From the IMG/VR virus record IMGVR_UViG_3300017785_007857, positions 1 through 53,624 of that record: a stretch of DNA of 53,624 bases; one strand, given 5' to 3'. A program made the translations under genes and the position numbers. The number at the start of each line of letters is the position of its first letter. Position 1 is the first letter of the stretch. Shown here piece after piece: positions 35,486-41,547 of this stretch. The notes under the pieces were generated by a model. It searched no databases and was not told the origin of the DNA. It was given only the letters and a program-made list of their open reading frames with translations. Source of the stretch: a virus (Duplodnaviria; Caudoviricetes).

Positions 35486-37245
35486 TAAGAATAAAAAATC
35501 TGACTGTAAAAAACTTCATGAGTGTGGGCAATGTCACACAGGCCATTGATTTTGATCGCCGTGATTTGACTCTAGTGCTGGGAGAGAATTTAGATCTTGG
35601 CGGCGATGGGTCAAGAAACGGCACTGGAAAAACCACAATCATCAATGCGTTGAGTTATGTGTTGTATGGCCAGGCATTGTCAAACATCCGCAAAGATAAC
35701 TTGGTCAATAAAACCAACAGCAAAGGAATGTTGGTTAGTTTGGACTTCAGTGTTGCTGGCAAAGAGTACAGAATTGAACGCGGTCGTAAGCCCAATGTGT
35801 TGAAATTTTTTGTCAACAACGAAGAGCAACAAAACGACGACAACGCACAAGGTGACTCAAGAGAAACTCAAGTTGATATTGAACACATCATTGGTATGAG
35901 TCATGACATGTTTCGTCATGTGGTGGCACTCAACACCTACACCGAGCCGTTCCTTGCACTCAAAGCCAACGATCAACGCACTATCATTGAACAGTTACTG
36001 GGCATAACTCAGCTCAGCGAACGTGCAGACCGTGTCAAAGAAGCTAACAAGCAAACCAAAGATGCTATTCAACAAGAAGAGTTTCGCATTCGTGCAGTGC
36101 AAGAAGCCAACAAACGTATTGAAGAGCAAATTAGCAGTCTACAAAAACGTGAGCAATTGTGGTCAAACAAACAAGTAGAAGATTGTGCAAAATTACAATC
36201 AGCAATAGACAGTCTTGAACACATAGACATTGATCTAGAAGTACAGGCACATCGAGACTTGGAAGCATTCTATGACAAAAAGAAAATCATAGACGAGTGC
36301 AATCGTTGGATCAAAAGCATTGACTCTGATGATGTCAAACTTGATCGGCAGACTCGGCAGTTAAAGATTGAAATTGAGAAGATAACTGATCATCGATGCT
36401 TTGCTTGTGGTACTGAGATACACGACAATAGCCTAGATGATGTGCGAGACAAGAAACAAAAGGAACTGCAAGAGATTGCGTTGCAGTTGTTGACCAACGA
36501 TACTCAACGTTCCGAACATCAAAACGAAATTGATGACCAAGGTCCTTTGGGCACTGCGCCTGCTGTGTTCTACGACAGTCTTGAACAGGCATTGAATCAT
36601 CGCAACAGTTTGGAAATGTTACGCAAAGATCTAACAAGTCGCCTAGCTGACACCAATCCTTACAGCGAACAAATTGTAGAAATGCAGTCGCAGGCACTGC
36701 AAGAAGTGTCGTACGAAGCGTTGAATGAACTCAGTAGAGTGCAGGATCATCAGGACTTTTTGATCAAGTTGTTGACCAACAAAGACAGCTTTATACGCAA
36801 GAAGATTATTGATCAAAATCTATCGTATCTCAACTCAAGACTCACTCATTACTTAGATAGGATTGGGTTACCGCACACAGTAAAGTTCCAAAATGACCTT
36901 ACCGTGGGCATTGAAGAACTGGGACGTGAACTAGACTTTGATAATTTAAGTCGTGGTGAGCGTAATCGACTGATACTTTCAATGAGCTGGGCGTTTCGTG
37001 ATGTGTGGGAAAGCTTATATTATCCTATAAATTTGCTGTTTGTGGATGAGATGATTGACTCAGGCATGGATACAACCGGAGTAGAAAGTAGTTTGGCCTT
37101 GCTCAAGCATATGAGTCGCGAACGCAGCAAGTCAATTTGGCTTGTGAGTCATCGTGATGAATTGATTGGGCGAGTAGAAAACATATTGCGTGTTGTCAAG
37201 GAGAACGGGTTTACCAGCTATGCCAATAGTACAGAAATTGTATGA
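35482..37245 (+). CDS. Recombination ATPase subunit, gp46/Rad50/SbcC-like
   Basis: Walker A NGTGKTT, coiled coil with CFAC zinc hook, signature LSRGE, Walker B LLFVDE, SH switch. Confidence 0.95.
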   Translation: MIRIKNLTVKNFMSVGNVTQAIDFDRRDLTLVLGENLDLGGDGSRNGTGKTTIINALSYVLYGQALSNIRKDNLVNKTNSKGMLVSLDFSVAGKEYRIERGRKPNVLKFFVNNEEQQNDDNAQGDSRETQVDIEHIIGMSHDMFRHVVALNTYTEPFLALKANDQRTIIEQLLGITQLSERADRVKEANKQTKDAIQQEEFRIRAVQEANKRIEEQISSLQKREQLWSNKQVEDCAKLQSAIDSLEHIDIDLEVQAHRDLEAFYDKKKIIDECNRWIKSIDSDDVKLDRQTRQLKIEIEKITDHRCFACGTEIHDNSLDDVRDKKQKELQEIALQLLTNDTQRSEHQNEIDDQGPLGTAPAVFYDSLEQALNHRNSLEMLRKDLTSRLADTNPYSEQIVEMQSQALQEVSYEALNELSRVQDHQDFLIKLLTNKDSFIRKKIIDQNLSYLNSRLTHYLDRIGLPHTVKFQNDLTVGIEELGRELDFDNLSRGERNRLILSMSWAFRDVWESLYYPINLLFVDEMIDSGMDTTGVESSLALLKHMSRERSKSIWLVSHRDELIGRVENILRVVKENGFTSYANSTEIV

Positions 37246-37274
37246 AACACGGCACAGATGATAACTAACTCTGC

Positions 37275-37790
37275 ATGACGTCACCTCAAAAAGCCAAAGG
37301 TAATTCCTGGGAAAACACAGTTTGCAAACATCTCTCTGCACTCTACGGAGAAAGTTTCATACGTGTTCCACACTCAGGCGCTTATATTGGGGGGACTAAC
37401 CAACACCGCAAAGAGGTATTGCACGAAGGCCAAATTAGAAGCTTTAAGGGCGACATCATTCCCGGACAAAGTTTTCCTAAATTCAATGCAGAATGCAAAA
37501 GCTACAAAGATTTTCCATTTCATCAACTCTTTCAAGGCACATGTAAAACACTAGATGGATGGATTGAACAAACGATGGACGTCGCTGACGAGGGTGACTT
37601 CAACATTCTGTTCATGAAATTCAATCGCAAAGGCACCTACGTAGCAATACAAACACAGCCAAATCAAACTTCACTACATTTCACCAGGCATTTTAACTAC
37701 GCAACATCAAAACACGGGCATTGGCTTTTCATGGACTATGACCTGTTTTGGGAATTAAACGCAGACTCAGTACGACTGCTCTGCGCATAG
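37275..37790 (+). CDS. PD-(D/E)XK nuclease, Hjc-like Holliday junction resolvase
   Basis: KAKGNSWE...RVPHSGA...GDII...ECKSY. Confidence 0.8.
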   Translation: MTSPQKAKGNSWENTVCKHLSALYGESFIRVPHSGAYIGGTNQHRKEVLHEGQIRSFKGDIIPGQSFPKFNAECKSYKDFPFHQLFQGTCKTLDGWIEQTMDVADEGDFNILFMKFNRKGTYVAIQTQPNQTSLHFTRHFNYATSKHGHWLFMDYDLFWELNADSVRLLCA

Positions 37791-38116
37791 ACTCTGTACC
37801 ACTGTGAGTGGTCCCATTGAGCTAGCCGAGGTAAGGCTCGTTGCCAGCGGATTCTTGGGCGTCAAAGGATAGGCCAACTTAGGCTAAATGATCGCGGCTC
37901 TGTGATAAAAAGGTACAACCGCGGCGTAAGGTATTTCGCATGTATGGGATAACCTGCGTTCCGTTGTGAGTCAAGGCTAGAGTAGGAGGTACCGCACAAC
38001 CGCCTCCGCGTGGAAACACAATCTCTTTATACATGTGACAGTTCGAACTCGGATGATGTCGTCAATTCTTGCCCGGCTTACGGGCAAGTATGACCGAAGA
38101 ATCTAGATGATATCTC
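37791..38116 (+). ncRNA. Putative large structured non-coding RNA of unrecognised family
   Basis: Longest non-coding gap in the window; at least 7 hairpins, two loop-distal pairings (pseudoknots), a GAAA tetraloop, and G-U pairs that work only on the + strand. Confidence 0.65.
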
Positions 38117-38126
38117 TAAAAACAAA

Positions 38127-38169
38127 TGTTGATGAACGCAGTGAATCAACAGATGTGCTCAGCACATCT
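38127..38169 (+). other. Tandem hairpins; the first has ssDNA-type GA/GNA architecture (primosome-assembly/ssi-like)
   Basis: TGTTGAT-GA-AC-GCA-GT-GA-ATCAACA followed immediately by AGATGTGC-TCA-GCACATCT. Confidence 0.5.
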
Positions 38170-39177
38170 CTAATACAATGGTAACACAGGATGATGATTT
38201 GGCACCAATAATTGATGCAATTCAATTGTGTTGTTGGGAAAGGTTTCAAGTTGCCAAGTTTTGATATTGAGATTGTGTTTGTAAATCAAAAAATGTTGTA
38301 AGATTGCTTCCTGAAACACAGTCATCGGGGGTAATTGCAGATGTTGCCCAGAGACTATGGCTGTGACAAACACATCAACATTCAGTGCAAACTCAATGTC
38401 AGGTTGTAATATCTGCTGCCATTGCTGATATGCCAGTTGCCAAGTTGGCCAACGCGAACAATCAATATCAACTTCTAACCACTCAAATAACTGGGTCAAC
38501 ACTGCTGCTCCCATCATCCACCACTGCAAACAATCAATACGGAAATTTTTAAACTTCCAATCTACCAGTGGTGGCAGCGCAGGATCATCAAGAGGTCTAA
38601 CATTGAGAGCCATGTATTCGCGGCGATCCCAGGTGTTGATGCCAAATTCGTTGTCATCAAAAAAAGCTTTCCACCATAGCACTTGGAGAGAATCTGCACA
38701 GTCGGGATATCTGCGTGTTAACCATTCGTGTCCATCACCGCGATCATAGCACTGAAACATTTTTACTGCGGGGTTGATTTCAATGCGGATAATGCTACAG
38801 TTTTTTTCTACACAATACAACACTGCTGCAGTGGTGTCTTGCTGTTGTTGTAGTTTTAATTGATGAATTTTTACGGAATCAAGGTGTGTGACATCCAGTG
38901 CCAACTGTTCACCAACCTTGTCAAACCCTAGTTCTTTGAAATCAAAAGATATATCATCACGGTGGTGATATCTATCTACTAGACATTGAGTGTTGCAGAA
39001 TCCTTCAGGATGTATTTTTTTGTGAGAGTGCGCATTGGAATTCTTCAGCGGATTATCACACAAGGTAGTGCGATCTAGAGTTGGCCAGCCAATATACGTG
39101 TTGTCACCACGTAGATACTTGATACTCCAATCTAAAAATGTTGCACCCAGTTGGCCATGGGAAAACATTGCGATCAT
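38170..39177 (-). CDS. Hypothetical protein, possibly P-loop/sulfotransferase-like
   Basis: 335 aa; N-terminal strand-loop-helix SHGQLGATFLDWSI; weak resemblance only. Confidence 0.4.
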   Translation of the reverse strand: MIAMFSHGQLGATFLDWSIKYLRGDNTYIGWPTLDRTTLCDNPLKNSNAHSHKKIHPEGFCNTQCLVDRYHHRDDISFDFKELGFDKVGEQLALDVTHLDSVKIHQLKLQQQQDTTAAVLYCVEKNCSIIRIEINPAVKMFQCYDRGDGHEWLTRRYPDCADSLQVLWWKAFFDDNEFGINTWDRREYMALNVRPLDDPALPPLVDWKFKNFRIDCLQWWMMGAAVLTQLFEWLEVDIDCSRWPTWQLAYQQWQQILQPDIEFALNVDVFVTAIVSGQHLQLPPMTVFQEAILQHFLIYKHNLNIKTWQLETFPNNTIELHQLLVPNHHPVLPLY

Positions 39178-39506
39178 AAGTCATCGGGCCAATCCCTGAA
39201 CAAGGCATGCTGTATGTTGCCTGACACAAACTGATTGAAACTGCGATGTTTGTCTTCGAGCTCACCTTTGAGCGGTGCTACTCGTCGAAAAGCCTCGTCC
39301 ATCTGTGCCATACCTGTGAATTCCATGATGATCATCCACTCAGGCATGTCTGGGATAGATCTAAATCCCATCTTGCAACGTGTAATTCTATAACTTTGCA
39401 TCTTGTTTTCTCCCACAAGATGATCAAAGAAGCTACGCATGTTGGTGACCCACTCAAGATCAGTGATGTCACCTTGTTTGTCAGCCCAGATAGTGTATAA
39501 GTCCAT
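39174..39506 (-). CDS. DUF6614-like dimeric alpha/beta-barrel protein
   Basis: MDLYTIWAD...YRITRCKMGF...PEWMIIMEF..MAQMDEAF...H...ALFRDWPD. Confidence 0.6.
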   Translation of the reverse strand: MDLYTIWADKQGDITDLEWVTNMRSFFDHLVGENKMQSYRITRCKMGFRSIPDMPEWMIIMEFTGMAQMDEAFRRVAPLKGELEDKHRSFNQFVSGNIQHALFRDWPDDL

Positions 39507-39946
39507 TATGTCATCGGTCCCAAAATTTCAAATCCATCTATTTGACTCTTGTACAGATGTGCCTGCTCAAGATACAAATAGTCAAAACCTCGTGCCCGGT
39601 AGATAGCACATTCAGTTTTCATTGTTTCAATTCCCAGCCTCAGCTCGGGACGATGATATGTCCAGGCAAACTGATCGCACAAGGCGTTGCGATCATCAAA
39701 TCTACGTATCAAACTCCAGGCCACTAACTCGCTGTCGTCATAGTAGCCAATGATGTCGGCCCCGGGATCACGATAACGACTTGGAAACATCGGCATCACA
39801 GATCCAAACTTCCGGTAAATGCAGTAGGTTCTATAGATGTCATCTAACTGCTGACACACTTCGGCAGTGGGGTCAAGGTATTGCCATGTCACTGATTCAC
39901 TGTAACTGGTCTCGTCAAGATTGATCCTTGCAAATTCATAAGTCAC
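39506..39946 (-). CDS. Aminoacyl-tRNA--protein transferase-like GNAT domain (ATE_C / Bpt C-terminal-like)
   Basis: GYYDDSELVAWS...FAWTY..PELRLGIETMKTECAIYRARGFDYLYL....YKSQIDGFEIL parallels the ATE_C pattern (Y.DGKLVAV...Y.P....SLG...L.EI..A...G..YYYLG......YK..F...EIL). Confidence 0.65.
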   Translation of the reverse strand: MTYEFARINLDETSYSESVTWQYLDPTAEVCQQLDDIYRTYCIYRKFGSVMPMFPSRYRDPGADIIGYYDDSELVAWSLIRRFDDRNALCDQFAWTYHRPELRLGIETMKTECAIYRARGFDYLYLEQAHLYKSQIDGFEILGPMT

Positions 39947-40446
39947 AGTCTAGGGTCCTGACGATGCGCAAACAAGCCCAACAGGTAATCCTCAGGCCAG
40001 TCTTGATAGTAACCCTTGTGGGCCAACTGTTGTGCTGCTGCATCAAGTTTTGTTTTGTCTTGCAGGAATATCAATGCATACTGGCCTTGATTCATTGAGA
40101 CACCGTTGATGATTTCTGGTGAGTCAGGATGATCAGTCAGGGCCAGCATGTTCTTGTTGTCAAGATAGTTGATCTGCACCATCCGAGCACAGTTCTCTAA
40201 GAGATCAGCACTGATGACCTGAGGATCATACACCAACACCACAACTTCGCGCCCCTGCATACCCCAGCGCCAGTGATTTACCAAATCAAAGTAGGGATCG
40301 TTGCCAGGCACAATCACAATGGTGTTGGCTAGCCTGGCCTGTCTAGCATACGGACACGGTGCCCAGTTGTTGAGTGCAGGGCTGGGCTTTTCAACAAAGT
40401 CCGTGATCCACTGCTCAATATCATGTTTGGCCTGTTCAAAATCCAT
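39943..40446 (-). CDS. DUF1415-like protein (CP[FY]A motif)
   Basis: WITDFVEKP.....PCPYARQA...DHP. Confidence 0.5.
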   Translation of the reverse strand: MDFEQAKHDIEQWITDFVEKPSPALNNWAPCPYARQARLANTIVIVPGNDPYFDLVNHWRWGMQGREVVVLVYDPQVISADLLENCARMVQINYLDNKNMLALTDHPDSPEIINGVSMNQGQYALIFLQDKTKLDAAAQQLAHKGYYQDWPEDYLLGLFAHRQDPRL

Positions 40447-40682
40447 TAGAAGAAAGGTAGTCCAGATTTTTTAGTGGTTTCAAGATTCTCTTTGACAATG
40501 TCATTGATCATCTGTCGTTCGTTCCAACTCAACTGCAATACTTGATCATACGTTATGCCACCCCGCATATACCATGCCAACTTTAATGCCTCCTGCCTGA
40601 TACCATTTGATTCTTTTTCCATTGTATCGATGATTTTTTCTATCTCATCGGCAGCCGAAGTCAGGAGGCGGGAGCGAAAAAA
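40446..40682 (-). CDS. Tail/baseplate assembly chaperone C-terminal part (gp51/gpT-like), probably expressed by -1 frameshift from the upstream ORF
   Basis: LAWYMRGGITYDQVLQLSWNERQMI helical motif; this frame is entered at the slippery T TTT TTC (40682-40676). Confidence 0.7.
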   Translation of the reverse strand, partial: FFRSRLLTSAADEIEKIIDTMEKESNGIRQEALKLAWYMRGGITYDQVLQLSWNERQMINDIVKENLETTKKSGLPFF

Positions 40683-41503
40683 TTTGATTGATCTAATGTA
40701 AAAGTTTGATCGTATCTGTGTTTGCACTCAGGACAATCAAGTTGCAGTGGTGGAATATCTGTGGCCTCACGCAGGGCAACCAAGTGGTCTTTGATCTGAT
40801 TGAACACATGCGATTCGCAGTTGGCAAGAAATTCCTGAATCCAAGGCTGCTCAGATACCATGGCCTGCGGTGTTTTGATCATTGCAATGCACTGTGCTGC
40901 TGCTATCACTGTGTACCTTGTGAGTTTCATAATGGTTTGATTCAGCAGTCTGAGTTTTTCTTCTTCGGGAACATCAGAATCTGGCAGAATGCTGAGAACT
41001 TTTTGTTCTTCAAACTGCCGGATACTGTTTTCCACAACTTGCTGGTAACTCAAGGGCTTGAAATGTATTTCAATGTCGCCATTGACCAATGGTATTTCAA
41101 AGTTGGGTTTTTTCAGTCGATCCATGATGCCACGCAGGTCAACACTGAATTCATGTTGATGTCCGCAAGCCGGGCAAGTGCTGGAAAGTTCTAGTTCATG
41201 TCCGTAACTGGCTATCCTAATGGCCAACAACAAGGTGTCAAGGTCCGTGTTGGGCATTGCCCAGGCATCTCTGATGTTTGGAATGCAGCTCTGAATCACA
41301 TTGACCACAGCCTGCCCGTTGAACAAAGCATCAGGAGTCCGATAACTGATTTCATCAATAGCAGTCATGGGCAGCACTGGCAATTCACCATTGTCAGGCA
41401 TTGCCAGTGTGTCTTTGGGCCAGTGATTTCCAAGACTTGGCAATTTGATGTAAATGGCAGGTTGTCTAAAAAACTGACGTAGCGGGTTGATTTGAGGGTT
41501 CAT
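40661..41503 (-). CDS. Baseplate hub assembly / tail chaperone protein, gp26-like, with two CxxC pairs
   Basis: YIKLPS...PMTAIDE...DLDTLLLAIRIASYG...CPACG...CPEC...SNFF. Confidence 0.8.
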   Translation of the reverse strand: MNPQINPLRQFFRQPAIYIKLPSLGNHWPKDTLAMPDNGELPVLPMTAIDEISYRTPDALFNGQAVVNVIQSCIPNIRDAWAMPNTDLDTLLLAIRIASYGHELELSSTCPACGHQHEFSVDLRGIMDRLKKPNFEIPLVNGDIEIHFKPLSYQQVVENSIRQFEEQKVLSILPDSDVPEEEKLRLLNQTIMKLTRYTVIAAAQCIAMIKTPQAMVSEQPWIQEFLANCESHVFNQIKDHLVALREATDIPPLQLDCPECKHRYDQTFTLDQSNFFAPAS

Positions 41504-41512
41504 AGGGTTCCA

Positions 41513-41532
41513 TAAATAGGTTTAAGTACTTA
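41513..41532. promoter_or_regulatory. Divergent late promoter pair
   Basis: TAAATA (+, 41513-41518) toward the tape-measure-like gene and TAAGTA (-, 41527-41532) toward the chaperone operon, in a 44-nt gap. Confidence 0.5.
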
Positions 41533-41547
41533 TTCTAGGTAAAAAAC

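Noticed and set aside
37275-37790. Cas4, TnpB or another known RNA-guided nuclease
   Set aside because: No Fe-S Cys cluster and no RuvC or Zn-finger motifs. The motifs fit an Hjc-type resolvase, so any RNA partnership remains only a hypothesis.
37791-38169. RNase P RNA, tmRNA, tRNA or self-splicing intron as the identity of the structured element
   Set aside because: Short look-alikes exist (CCCGGCTTA, CTAGATGA, GTTCGAA). However, the P4-forming GAGGAAAGTCC/ACAGAA pair, tRNA-like acceptor and T arms, group I P7 and group II domain V are all absent, and both flanking genes are intact.
37791-38169. Retron msr-msd or DGR template
   Set aside because: No reverse transcriptase in the window, no long terminal a1/a2 inverted repeat, and no TR/VR pair differing at adenines was seen. 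An RT acting in trans cannot be excluded.
40683-40727. Track start MQTQIRS for the 93-aa ORF
   Set aside because: It lies inside the gp26-like gene with no RBS. Entry by -1 frameshift, or at the internal MEKES, is more plausible.
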